Sequence record: NZ_CP110904.1
Length of the DNA stretch: 64,000 nt
Direction: 5' to 3' (one strand)
From: a plasmid
Numbering within the stretch: position 1 is the first letter of the stretch; each line of letters begins with the position of its first letter. The notes beneath the pieces were generated by a model, which saw nothing but the letters and a program-made list of their open reading frames with translations, was not told the DNA's origin and ran no database searches. A program made the translations under genes and the position numbers. Of the stretch, positions 9,019-19,863 are shown piece after piece.

Positions 9019-11040
9019 ATGGATTTAGTTTTAGATAATCAAACGAAAAGTTATGCAGTGCAAAATTACAGGCAAGATATAGATGGTCTTCGCGCTGTCG
9101 CCGTCCTGCTTGTTATATTATTTCATGCAGGATTGTCATACTTCCCTTCGGGCTTTATTGGTGTTGATATATTTTTCACCATATCAGGCTTTCTGATTAC
9201 CGGAAAAGTCATCAGTGAAATTGAAAGAGGAACATTCTCACTAACTAATTTTATAAAAGGCAGATTATGGCGATTGCAGCCTGCACTGCTGGTGACAATT
9301 CTCGGCGCAATCATTGTAGCGACATACTGCTACATGCCTGACGATTACACCGCATTCGCAAAAAGTGCCAAATACACCACTCTTTTCTTATCAAACCAGT
9401 ATTTTGATAAGCTTAGTGCAGCATATGCATCTCCTGACTCTGATTACTTCCTGCTTTTGCATACATGGTCGCTGGCAATTGAATGGCAGTGGTATTTTTT
9501 CTTTGCGATTTTCGCGACCATTTTGACACTACTGGCCAGTAAATTTAAAAGAAAGTTTGCGTATAAGCCGTTCCTTTATGGCTGGTTGTTACTTACCTTA
9601 ACTGCAACAATAGTTGTTATTCTTGTCAGTCTGTACTCGCCCAGTCAGCATTACTACTCATTAAATATGCGCGCTTTTGAGTTTCTGATTGGTGGGAGCG
9701 TAGCTTTATTAAAGGACAGAGTTCAGATAACCAACAGATGGATAACTAATACTCTGGCAGTAGTAGCTATCGCTGTACTTATCTGCACTTCAGGTTTAAG
9801 CATACCTGTTGAGACATATCCAAATAGCTGGACACTGCTTGTTTGCCTTGCCTCAGCAACATTACTGATAAACCAGAACACATTCGTAAATCGCACCTTA
9901 CAGTTAGCACCGATAAACTACACAGGGAAAATTTCTTATTCTCTGTACCTGTGGCACTGGCCCATTTTTGCGGCGTTCAACTATCTTGAGTTCTCTCTGT
10001 CCGGCAGGACACTGTGCATTGCGCTGGTGATAACTGCAGGACTGGCGGTGCTTACCTATCACGGTATTGAAGAGCGCTTCCGACGGGTTAAGCTGTCATT
10101 TGCAAAGAGTATAATCCTGCTTGTATTACTCCCTCTTACGGTCTGCACAAGCCTTTACTCATTAACCGTGAAAACGAATGGTTTGCCACAGCGCTTCAGC
10201 GATGAATACAATCGCTCGTTACAGCTGCTGAATTCCGCCTCCGAGAATGCCGCATCGAGGGATGGCTGCCTCAGTGGAAGCCAGGACCTTACGGACTGTC
10301 AGTTCGGCGATCATGAAGGTTCGAAGAAAGCCTTTCTGATTGGCGATTCAAACGCTAACCAGTTCTGGGGGTTTTATGATGTGCTGGCTAAGGATGCTGG
10401 CATAAAAATGTATTCCCTCACCACCTCTTCGTGCCTGACCTTACCAGGAATTTATCAGTTTGACTGGTGGAAATATAAAGGTGTCAAATATCAGGAATGT
10501 CATGATAACGCAGAGCAATATTATGATTATATAAAATCAAATCACTTTGACTACGTCATTATAGGGCATGTATGGTCAAACTATTTTGCAGCCCAGTTAA
10601 TCACTGACGATGGGGATGAGCGAAGTGAAGCACTCTCAGACAGTCGATACGAAATGGCGTTACGTACAGCCATACGTACTATCATAGATGCGGGTTCAAA
10701 GCCAATCATCATGTTCACCATTGCAACCATGCCACGCAACTATCAAAACTGTATAAATCAGCACGTTATTCATCGACGTCCATTTGACATCAATGAATGT
10801 GATATGCAAAACCCGGCAAATACCAACGGGGAAAAAGTCACGCAACTGATGAGTAAAATGAAGGCTGAGTTCCCAGCGCTGACTTTTATTGACCCTAAAT
10901 CAATACAGTGTATTAGTGGTAAATGCATTACCAATATTGATGGCGTAACTGTTTATCGTGATGTGGGACATCTTACCGATTATGCTTCCTATAAATTCGG
11001 TCAGCTGTACCTAAATGAATTTGGTAATCCATTAAAATGA
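9019..11040 (+). CDS. acyltransferase family 3 (OafA/YrhL-type) with C-terminal SGNH-like extension
   Basis: N-terminal RQDIDGLRAVAVLLVILFHAG...FFTISGFLITG plus multiple TM helices and a 300-aa hydrophilic C-terminal domain. The gene is AT-rich (~36% GC). Confidence 0.75.
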   Translation: MDLVLDNQTKSYAVQNYRQDIDGLRAVAVLLVILFHAGLSYFPSGFIGVDIFFTISGFLITGKVISEIERGTFSLTNFIKGRLWRLQPALLVTILGAIIVATYCYMPDDYTAFAKSAKYTTLFLSNQYFDKLSAAYASPDSDYFLLLHTWSLAIEWQWYFFFAIFATILTLLASKFKRKFAYKPFLYGWLLLTLTATIVVILVSLYSPSQHYYSLNMRAFEFLIGGSVALLKDRVQITNRWITNTLAVVAIAVLICTSGLSIPVETYPNSWTLLVCLASATLLINQNTFVNRTLQLAPINYTGKISYSLYLWHWPIFAAFNYLEFSLSGRTLCIALVITAGLAVLTYHGIEERFRRVKLSFAKSIILLVLLPLTVCTSLYSLTVKTNGLPQRFSDEYNRSLQLLNSASENAASRDGCLSGSQDLTDCQFGDHEGSKKAFLIGDSNANQFWGFYDVLAKDAGIKMYSLTTSSCLTLPGIYQFDWWKYKGVKYQECHDNAEQYYDYIKSNHFDYVIIGHVWSNYFAAQLITDDGDERSEALSDSRYEMALRTAIRTIIDAGSKPIIMFTIATMPRNYQNCINQHVIHRRPFDINECDMQNPANTNGEKVTQLMSKMKAEFPALTFIDPKSIQCISGKCITNIDGVTVYRDVGHLTDYASYKFGQLYLNEFGNPLK

Positions 11041-11066
11041 ATCAGGTGTACGGTAATGACTCCAAC

Positions 11067-11570
11067 TTATTGATAGTGTTTTATGTTCAGATAATGCCCG
11101 ATGACTTTGTCATGCAGCTCCACCGATTTTGAGAACGACAGCGACTTCCGTCCCAGCCGTGCCAGGTGCTGTCTCAGATTCAGGTTATGCCGCTCAATTC
11201 GCTGCGTATATCGCTTGCTGATTACGTGCAGCTTTCCCTTCAGGCGGGATTCATACAGCGGCCAGCCATCCGTCATCCATATCACCACGTCAAAGGGTGA
11301 CAGCAGGCTCATAAGACGCCCCAGCGTCGCCATAGTGCGTTCACCGAATACGTGCGCAACAACCGTCTTCCGGAGCCTGTCATACGCGTAAAACAGCCAG
11401 CGCTGGCGCGATTTAGCCCCGACGTATCCCCACTGTTCGTCCATTTCCGCGCAGACGATGACGTCACTGCCCGGCTGTATGCGCGAGGTTACCGACTGCG
11501 GCCTGAGTTTTTTAAATGGCGGAAAATCGTGTTGAGGCCAACGCCCATAATGCGGGCGGTTGCCCGGCAT
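11067..11570 (-). CDS. insB: IS1 InsB (transposase frame; InsAB' is made by frameshift)
   Basis: 167-aa ORF ending ...[12 protein letters not shown]. Confidence 0.9.
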   Translation of the reverse strand: MPGNRPHYGRWPQHDFPPFKKLRPQSVTSRIQPGSDVIVCAEMDEQWGYVGAKSRQRWLFYAYDRLRKTVVAHVFGERTMATLGRLMSLLSPFDVVIWMTDGWPLYESRLKGKLHVISKRYTQRIERHNLNLRQHLARLGRKSLSFSKSVELHDKVIGHYLNIKHYQ

Positions 11571-11764
11571 CCAACGCCATTCATGGCCATATCAATGATT
11601 TTCTGGTGCGTACCGGGTTGAGAAGCGGTGTAAGTGAACTGCAGTTGCCATGTTTTACGGCAGTGAGAGCAGAGATAGCGCTGATGTCCGGCAGTGCTTT
11701 TGCCGTTACGCACCACCCCGTCAGTAGCTGAACAGGAGGGACAGCTGATAGAAACAGAAGCCAC
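11489..11764 (-). CDS. insA: IS1 InsA
   Basis: 91 aa, [24 protein letters not shown].... Confidence 0.9.
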   Translation of the reverse strand: MASVSISCPSCSATDGVVRNGKSTAGHQRYLCSHCRKTWQLQFTYTASQPGTHQKIIDMAMNGVGCRATARIMGVGLNTIFRHLKNSGRSR

Positions 11765-11797
11765 TGGAGCACCTCAAAAACACCATCATACACTAAA

Positions 11798-13783
11798 TCA
11801 GTAAGTTGGCAGCATCACCAATTGACGATACAAATCACTCAGTTCTGTTCTTAATTTTTCTATATCCTTCTCCTCACCTGAATTCTCGATCGCCAGTAAT
11901 TGCTTTTCTTTAACAGTAATTCTTTCACACAACTCTGATAGCGTTGAACAAAATGCCTCTGTATGAGTGGCAGGATAGACGCTTTCATCCTGTTCAGTAC
12001 TCCGCTTACGAACTGAAGTCACTGGTTTAATTTGATGTTCCAGGTTATAGGCTATCTGACGTTCCCTGCGATTGTGCGTTTCATCCATCGCCTGTTTCAT
12101 GGCCGGAGTGATCCTGTTTGCATAGAGTACGGCTTTACCCTCCACATTACGTGCCACACGTCCAATCATCTGAATAAGTGCGTGTGATGAACGTAAAAAA
12201 CCTGCATGGTCAGCATCAAGTATCGCGACCAGTGAGGCTTCAGGGATGTCGAGTCCTTCACGCAGCAGACTGATGCCGATTAAGACATCAAATTCCCCGG
12301 CCCGTAATCCATTGATAATTTCCTGTCTTTCATCTGTTTTGATATCAGAATGCAGATATCGGGACAGGATCCCATTTTCTGTCAGAAAATCATTCAGTTC
12401 TTCTGCGGTCTTTTTGGTCAGCACTGTCACCAGGACACGATTGTTTCTGTTGACGCAATGACGGATTTCTTCAAGTAAGTTCTCCACACACTGGTCTTTG
12501 CTTCGGACCTCAATTTCGGGATCCAGTAAACCGGTGGGGCGGATAATTTGCTGAACAACATTTTTCTTTGATTTCTGCAATTCATATTTACCTGGGGTTG
12601 CGGAAACAAAGACAGTCTGGGGCTTAATCTTCTCAAACTCAGCAAAACTCAGGGGACGATTGTTTTTTGAGGAGGGCAGACGGAAGCCGAAATCGATAAG
12701 AGTATCCTTGCGACTCTGATCGCCACTGTACATGGCTGAGATTTGCGGGACCATTACGTGCGATTCATCAACAAAGAGCAGACCATTTTTTGGCAGGTAA
12801 TCCAGCAGCGTTGTCGGTGGGAGTTCCGGATTTCTGTCGCTGAAATAGCAGGAATAGTTTTCCATACCTGAGCAGTAACCCAGTTCACGGATCATTTCAA
12901 CATCATTGTTAACGCGTTCGTATAAGCGCTCAGCCTCTATCAGACGATTTGCTTTGTTAAGTTCAGCAACCCGTTTCTCCATGTCAGTAAGAATGCTTTT
13001 GGTGGCTGAGGGTATTTTTGCGGTCGGTGTAACAAAGAGTGTTTTGGGTGATATTAAATAATGTTCAATGTCGCCCGTAATTTTCCCACTGACAGGATCA
13101 ATCCATTTTGCGGATTCTATAACATCATCAAAGAGTTCGACCCTGATGGCCTGATGTTCGGAATCGGCAGGGAATATATCAATAACGTCACCGCGAACCC
13201 GGAACATTGCCCGTCCCAGAGTTTTGTCTGTACGGGCATACTGCAGACGTGCCAGTTGATGAATTAACTCCCGCTGGGCGAGTTGTCGTCCTGGGTATAC
13301 CGGGATCTGGATCTCTCTGTATGCGTCCGGATCACCTAATCCGTATATCGAAGAGACGGAAGCGACGACTATCACATCCTGACGTTCAATCAATGCCTTG
13401 GTCGTAGATAACCGTAACCTTTCAAGATGATCGTTGATAGCGGAATCTTTCGGGATAAAGCGGTCACTTCCGGGGATATAGACTTCTGGCTGAAAAAAGT
13501 CGTAGTAAGAAACGAAGTATTCGACAGCATTTTCTGGGAAAAACTGCTTCATCTCCAGATAAAGCTGTGCGGTTAACGTCTTGTTAGGAGCCAGTATTAA
13601 TGTAGGGCGCTGCAAACGGTGTATCACATTCGCCATGGTGAAGGTTTTACCCGAGCCGGTTATCCCCTGAAGTGTCTGATGTGTTGCTCCTGCTTCGACT
13701 CCCGCTATCAGTCTGGCTATTGCTTCGGGCTGATCTCCTGACGGGATATAGCCTGAATGTAAAATGAATTTTCCTGTGGACAT
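11798..13783 (-). CDS. UvrB-like excinuclease subunit paralog, 3' end fused into the IS1 terminus
   Basis: Walker [11 protein letters not shown], helicase motifs and a C-terminal UVR-like coiled region. Start MSTGKF at 13783 with a GGAGAG SD. The last 6 codons (VMLPTY-stop) are encoded by the IS1 inverted repeat. Confidence 0.75.
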   Translation of the reverse strand: MSTGKFILHSGYIPSGDQPEAIARLIAGVEAGATHQTLQGITGSGKTFTMANVIHRLQRPTLILAPNKTLTAQLYLEMKQFFPENAVEYFVSYYDFFQPEVYIPGSDRFIPKDSAINDHLERLRLSTTKALIERQDVIVVASVSSIYGLGDPDAYREIQIPVYPGRQLAQRELIHQLARLQYARTDKTLGRAMFRVRGDVIDIFPADSEHQAIRVELFDDVIESAKWIDPVSGKITGDIEHYLISPKTLFVTPTAKIPSATKSILTDMEKRVAELNKANRLIEAERLYERVNNDVEMIRELGYCSGMENYSCYFSDRNPELPPTTLLDYLPKNGLLFVDESHVMVPQISAMYSGDQSRKDTLIDFGFRLPSSKNNRPLSFAEFEKIKPQTVFVSATPGKYELQKSKKNVVQQIIRPTGLLDPEIEVRSKDQCVENLLEEIRHCVNRNNRVLVTVLTKKTAEELNDFLTENGILSRYLHSDIKTDERQEIINGLRAGEFDVLIGISLLREGLDIPEASLVAILDADHAGFLRSSHALIQMIGRVARNVEGKAVLYANRITPAMKQAMDETHNRRERQIAYNLEHQIKPVTSVRKRSTEQDESVYPATHTEAFCSTLSELCERITVKEKQLLAIENSGEEKDIEKLRTELSDLYRQLVMLPTY

Positions 13784-14015
13784 TATGATCTCTCCTGGTT
13801 GGAACGCCCCGGACAGCGTTAACACTACTACACTATAGTTTATGACAACCCGACGTAAGGCATTTATGCCTGACTGAAGAAAAGTTATTTGTTCTGTACC
13901 AATAAGTTGGCGTTCTGTTCACTTCTATTGTGTACCGTTAAAGTACGAATGTGCCTGATACAACTCTGTCATCTGTCTGGGTTTGTACATCGTGGGGTCA
14001 ATATTTTTTCTTGCA

Positions 14016-14040
14016 TAGTATAGGGGGGTATACTATAGTC
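14016..14040. promoter_or_regulatory. FrmR-type operator palindrome ATAGTATA-GGGGGG-TATACTAT
   Basis: Inverted repeat around a G6 tract, 30 bp upstream of frmR. Confidence 0.5.
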
Positions 14041-14069
14041 TCTTCAATCCTGATTAACAGGGACAATCA

Positions 14070-14345
14070 ATGCCACATTCTCCAGAAGAAAAGAAACAGG
14101 CGCTTGTCCGGGTACGACGTATCAAAGGTCAGATTGCAGCGCTGGAACAGGCGATTGAAAACGAAGCGGAATGTTCTTCATTGTTGCAGCAACTGGCTTC
14201 GGTACGAGGAGCCGTTAAAGGCCTGATGACTGTTGTTCTGGAAAGCTATCTCAGGGAAGAATTTCCCGATACGAACAAAAGAAGGGGGTCGCAGACGAAA
14301 TCTATCAACGACGCTATTTCCATTGTTCGCTCCTATCTCCGTTAA
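14070..14345 (+). CDS. frmR: FrmR formaldehyde-responsive repressor (CsoR/RcnR family)
   Basis: 91 aa, MPHSPEEKKQALVRVRRIKGQIAALEQAIE... is near-identical to E. coli FrmR. Confidence 0.85.
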   Translation: MPHSPEEKKQALVRVRRIKGQIAALEQAIENEAECSSLLQQLASVRGAVKGLMTVVLESYLREEFPDTNKRRGSQTKSINDAISIVRSYLR

Positions 14346-14400
14346 CTCTGCCAGGCAGACGTCTGATGGGGTCAGTAAAAACAGTAATAAAAGGATATGA

Positions 14401-15513
<1,113 letters not shown>

Positions 15514-15563
15514 TTCAGGTTTCACTGGCGATCTTTCAATATTAGTTTTAAAGGAAACAATCC

Positions 15564-15962
15564 ATGTCCAATCCAGTTATTTCAGGCAATGGCATCTTCT
15601 CTCACGTCTTTATCGGTGCTGTAGATGTTCAAAAGTCGGCTGAGTTTTATGACGCCACTTTAGGTGCACTCGGTATCAACAACCTTGGTCCTTTTGGTAA
15701 TGGCTGGGTGTTGTTTGGCCGTGACAAGCCGGCTTTCATCATTGCCCGTCCTGGCAATGGTGAAGCGCCATCCAGCAATGGTGTGACGATTGGCTTTGCT
15801 GCCGCCACGCCTGCTGAAGTTGACGCTTTCCATGCCGCAGGCCTGGCTGCTGGCGGGACTGATGAAGGTCAACCGGGTCCTCGTGGTCATCTGCCAGGTG
15901 CTTATGCTGCCTACCTGCGTGATCCGGCTGGTAACAAGATCTGCTCCTATACCTTCATCTGA
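15564..15962 (+). CDS. VOC (glyoxalase/bleomycin-resistance fold) family protein
   Basis: 132 aa with a typical VOC N-terminus and a SD-like upstream sequence. Confidence 0.55.
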   Translation: MSNPVISGNGIFSHVFIGAVDVQKSAEFYDATLGALGINNLGPFGNGWVLFGRDKPAFIIARPGNGEAPSSNGVTIGFAAATPAEVDAFHAAGLAAGGTDEGQPGPRGHLPGAYAAYLRDPAGNKICSYTFI

Positions 15963-16119
15963 TCGTAGGGTGCATCCGGCACAAATGTTGTACGGTTTGT
16001 CAGTCAGGCGAACGGTATGAGTTGTGCCAGCTTATGAAGATCAACCCGCAGACGTTTACGTCTGCGGGTATCTTTCTCGAAGCGTAATGTGACTGGCCGT
16101 CAGAAAAAGAGAGAGTCTT

Positions 16120-17454
16120 ATGAAAGAGTCAGCATTATCTGCTATCCGTTCTGAGATGCAATCGCCCGAAACCGTGTACGGGATGCCGGCTCATAAAGAC
16201 AGAACGGCCGCTGTCAATGAAGTACATGCGCGTCCGCACCTGCTTATCACATCACCACAGACCCTGCTGCAGTTTGCTTTCATGACTAAAGGCGACCAGT
16301 CAGGTGACCAGCGGGTCATGGTTGAGCTGTCAGATCGTCTTGGTTTAACACCATCAGAAAATTCAGCCCCCCTGCACGGTATCACGTGGCGGGAAGGCGC
16401 TTTGTATTGTGAAAAACACGGTGAGTTTTCCACCTACTTATGGAGTACCACATGCGATCCGCGTGACGGACAGTTAAGGGGAGAGAACCCCTTCCGGCAT
16501 GGTTTCACGCCACCGGGTTCGGTTATCTGTGGTACCCGTCTGGATATTCTGCCATGGACTGCAGAATCTGAGGCTGCAGTAACGAATTTAGATCCTGTCA
16601 GCAGGTGCTATTCAGTAACAGAAAATGGCCGTGCCGCAATTATCTCTGATTTTCGCCAGGATAAAGACGGACTGACACGCATTCTGATACTTGAACGGGA
16701 CCTGACAGAGGCACAGCTGGGTGCACTGGTTCAGCGGCTGCTTGAGATTGAAAATTATCGCACGCTTGCTTTGCTTTCTTTACCACTGACAAGAACCATG
16801 GCCTCTGAACTGAGGCGAGTGGAAAACCGACTGGCTGAAATTACAGAAGAAATGCGCACCGGAGAGCATCGTAAAAATGAACAGTTGCTCTCTGCGTTGA
16901 CCAATCTTGCCGCAGAACTTGAAGCCGGCGCTGCAGCGAATCTGTACCGGTTTGGCGCAAGCCAGGCCTACTATGAAATTGTTGAGGAAAGGCTGAATAC
17001 GCTCTCCGAAACGCCGGTTCCAGGCTACTACACCTGGGCTGATTTTTTGCAACGGCGCATTGCCCCAGCCATGCGAACCTGCCGTTCTGTGAAAGAACGA
17101 CAGGCGAAGCTGTCTGACAAACTCATGCGGGCTATTTCGTTACTTCGCTCCTGGATAGATGTTGAACTGGAACATCAGAACCGTGACCTGCTGGCTTCGA
17201 TGAATAACCGGGCCAGACAACAGCTACATCTGCAGCAAACCGTTGAAGGATTGTCTGTTGCCGCCATTTCATATTATGTGGTGAGTCTGATTTCGTATCT
17301 GGTGAAAGGGGTTCCCGGGATCCACGATGTCATGCCACCTGAACTGGCGGTTGCCATTCTCGTGCCCTTCATTGTGCTCGCGATTTGGTGGGTGGTGCGA
17401 AGAATAAGAAACTCGCACACCGACCCTGAACATAACGAAAACCACTCTGACTGA
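16120..17454 (+). CDS. conserved hypothetical protein with C-terminal TM helices
   Basis: 444-aa ORF with a hydrophobic C-terminus (VAAISYYVVSLISYLV...ILVPFIVLAIWWVV). Family not confidently assigned. Confidence 0.5.
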   Translation: MKESALSAIRSEMQSPETVYGMPAHKDRTAAVNEVHARPHLLITSPQTLLQFAFMTKGDQSGDQRVMVELSDRLGLTPSENSAPLHGITWREGALYCEKHGEFSTYLWSTTCDPRDGQLRGENPFRHGFTPPGSVICGTRLDILPWTAESEAAVTNLDPVSRCYSVTENGRAAIISDFRQDKDGLTRILILERDLTEAQLGALVQRLLEIENYRTLALLSLPLTRTMASELRRVENRLAEITEEMRTGEHRKNEQLLSALTNLAAELEAGAAANLYRFGASQAYYEIVEERLNTLSETPVPGYYTWADFLQRRIAPAMRTCRSVKERQAKLSDKLMRAISLLRSWIDVELEHQNRDLLASMNNRARQQLHLQQTVEGLSVAAISYYVVSLISYLVKGVPGIHDVMPPELAVAILVPFIVLAIWWVVRRIRNSHTDPEHNENHSD

Positions 17455-17501
17455 GTTGTTACGTTGTTGCTTAATTGTCCTGTCGTTATACGGAGAAAAT
17501 C

Positions 17502-18332
17502 ATGGAACGTCTTGAACATCATGCCAGCTTTGATGGGTGGCAGGAAGTTTATCAGCATGAGTCTGGCACGCTTGGCTGCACGATGAAATTTGGTGTTTAT
17601 ACTCCACCCCAGGCGCTTAACGGTAATGTACCGGTACTCTACTGGCTTTCCGGTCTGACCTGTACGGAACAGAATTTTATTACCAAATCGAGCGTTCAGC
17701 GTTATGCCGCAGAGCATGGGATCATGATTGTGGCACCAGACACCAGTCCGCGTGGCACTGATATTCCTGATGATCCTGACTACGCTCTCGGTCAGGGGGC
17801 AGGATTCTATGTTAATGCAACCCAGGAGCCCTGGGCGACACATTACAAAATGTATGACTATGTGGTAAACGAGCTCCCGTCCCTGATTGAAGAATGGTTC
17901 CCGGCGTCTGATAAAAGAAGTATCAGTGGACATTCGATGGGCGGACATGGCGCCCTGATGATTGCGCTCAGAAACCCGGGCCGCTATCAGAGTGTATCCG
18001 CATTCTCACCGATCGTCGCACCTTCTCAGGTGCCCTGGGGAGAAAATGCATTGTCTGCTTATCTGGGTGATGATCGGGAATACTGGAAGCAGTACGACAC
18101 GGTTGAGTTGATCCGTAACGCGCAGGAAAGGCTACCTCTGCTTGTAGATCAAGGACTGAATGATGAGTTTCTGAAGACTCAGCTTCAGCCGGAGAGACTG
18201 AAGAGCGTTTGTGAGGACACCGGTCATCCGTTGACGCTTAACCTGCGTCCGGGCCACGATCACAGCTACTACTTTATCTCCAGCTACATTGGCGACCACA
18301 TTGCACATCATGCAGCAGCACTGACGCGCTAA
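17502..18332 (+). CDS. frmB: S-formylglutathione hydrolase (esterase D family)
   Basis: MERLEHHASFDGWQEVYQHES...GHSMGGHGAL is closely similar to E. coli FrmB/YeiG. GGAGAAAATC precedes the ATG. Confidence 0.8.
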   Translation: MERLEHHASFDGWQEVYQHESGTLGCTMKFGVYTPPQALNGNVPVLYWLSGLTCTEQNFITKSSVQRYAAEHGIMIVAPDTSPRGTDIPDDPDYALGQGAGFYVNATQEPWATHYKMYDYVVNELPSLIEEWFPASDKRSISGHSMGGHGALMIALRNPGRYQSVSAFSPIVAPSQVPWGENALSAYLGDDREYWKQYDTVELIRNAQERLPLLVDQGLNDEFLKTQLQPERLKSVCEDTGHPLTLNLRPGHDHSYYFISSYIGDHIAHHAAALTR

Positions 18333-18343
18333 ATTCAGGAATT

Positions 18344-19660
18344 ATGGTTATGGTACATTTCTGCGATCAAAAACATCATGTCGTCGTGATAGGGGCTGGG
18401 TTCGGTGGACTCTCCGTTGTCAGAGAACTGGAAGAGCCGGGCGTTTCGATCACAATCATTGACCGGAGTAACCACCATCTGTTTCAGCCTTTACTTTATC
18501 AGGTCGCTGGCGCATCACTGCCATCAGCAGAAATTGCCTGGCCCGTTCGCTCTCTGTTTCGTCATCGTGAGGATGTACGTACCCTGATGGCCGAGGTCCA
18601 GGATGTGGATACCGATTCACGGGAGGTTCTGCTGAAAGATGGTTCCCGAATTGATTATGACACGCTTGTCGTTGCCACTGGGGCCACGCACGCTTATTTC
18701 GGTCATGATGAGTGGGAACAGTTTGCACCGGGACTGAAGAACCTGGATGATGCCACGACCCTGCGCGCACGGATCCTTTCCGCTTTTGAACAAGCTGAGA
18801 ATACCACTGATCCCGCGTTACGGGCTGCCTACCAGACATTCGTCATTGTCGGGGGGGGACCGACAGGCGTTGAGCTGTCCGGGACCATTGCCGAACTGGC
18901 AAGGAAAACGCTGAAAAATGATTTCCGTTCTATTGATCCGACAGAGACCAGAATTATTCTGGTTGAAGCCGGACAACGATTGCTCACTGCTTTCCCGGAG
19001 TCATTATCGGAATATACCCGTCAGTCCCTGGAGAAACTGGGAGTGGAAGTCAGTTTTGGCCAACCGGTAACGGAATGCTCTGCCGAAGGCGTAGTATATG
19101 GTGGGCAACCTCTTCCTGCCAAAACGATCATCTGGGCAGCAGGCGTCACTGCTTCTCCGGCTGCACGCTGGCTCAAGACGGAAGCTGATCGGGCTGGTCG
19201 GGTTATCGTGGGAGCTGATCTCACGCTCCCGTTACACCCTGAAATATTTGTAATAGGTGATACCGCGGCCGTGACCGGAGAGGACGGCAGGATGATCCCG
19301 GGCATTGCTCCGGCCGCAAAACAGGAAGGACAGTATGTGGCTAAACTGATCCAGTCCCGTTTAAAGGATGAAAAACCTGACCTGAAACCTTTCCGGTACC
19401 GGCATCAGGGGAACCTAGCGACCATAGGTCGCGGACTGGCTGTGGTTGATATGGGACGGTTAAAACTCCGGGGAGCCATGGCGTGGTGGTTCTGGAAAAT
19501 TATCCACCTGTATTTTTTGATCGGAACCAGAAACCGGCTGAGTGTCGCTATCAGCTGGATCTGGAACCACAGTATCGGATACAGGGGAGCCCGCATTATC
19601 ACGGGAGGTAAATCACCTGCTCCGGATAAGAGTGCGGTCCATTCCCGCTCAGAAGAGTGA
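18344..19660 (+). CDS. type II NADH dehydrogenase-like FAD-dependent oxidoreductase
   Basis: Two Rossmann motifs (VVVIGAGFGG, FVIVGGGPTGVE) and an NDH-2-like C-terminal amphipathic region. Confidence 0.75.
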   Translation: MVMVHFCDQKHHVVVIGAGFGGLSVVRELEEPGVSITIIDRSNHHLFQPLLYQVAGASLPSAEIAWPVRSLFRHREDVRTLMAEVQDVDTDSREVLLKDGSRIDYDTLVVATGATHAYFGHDEWEQFAPGLKNLDDATTLRARILSAFEQAENTTDPALRAAYQTFVIVGGGPTGVELSGTIAELARKTLKNDFRSIDPTETRIILVEAGQRLLTAFPESLSEYTRQSLEKLGVEVSFGQPVTECSAEGVVYGGQPLPAKTIIWAAGVTASPAARWLKTEADRAGRVIVGADLTLPLHPEIFVIGDTAAVTGEDGRMIPGIAPAAKQEGQYVAKLIQSRLKDEKPDLKPFRYRHQGNLATIGRGLAVVDMGRLKLRGAMAWWFWKIIHLYFLIGTRNRLSVAISWIWNHSIGYRGARIITGGKSPAPDKSAVHSRSEE

Positions 19661-19863
19661 TACCTGAACCTTACTGATGCCGCTGAAACATCAGCGGCAT
19701 TCCTTATTTAATCACCGGCGCCGGCGCAGGCTATTCGCTTACTGCTGCATAAATCCCTTTTGTCATTATTCCTTCTTAACTAATGGTTCGGCACATCGGT
19801 TAACGCCATTCAACGTAACCAGCGTCAGAAGTAAAGTTGATTTACGTATTACAGGATTAAACT

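Larger units (their letters stand above)
11052..11818 (-). mobile_element. IS1 (complete, ~767 bp)
   Basis: Ends GGTAATGACTCCAACTTATTG at 11052 and the reverse complement of GGTGATGCTGCCAACTTA at 11801-11818, with insA and insB inside. Confidence 0.95.

Noticed and set aside
11101-11731. Plus-strand ORFs inside IS1 (11101-11391, 11352-11621, 11516-11731) and their equivalents in the other IS1 copies
   Set aside because: They are antisense to insA/insB and are well-known spurious frames of IS1.
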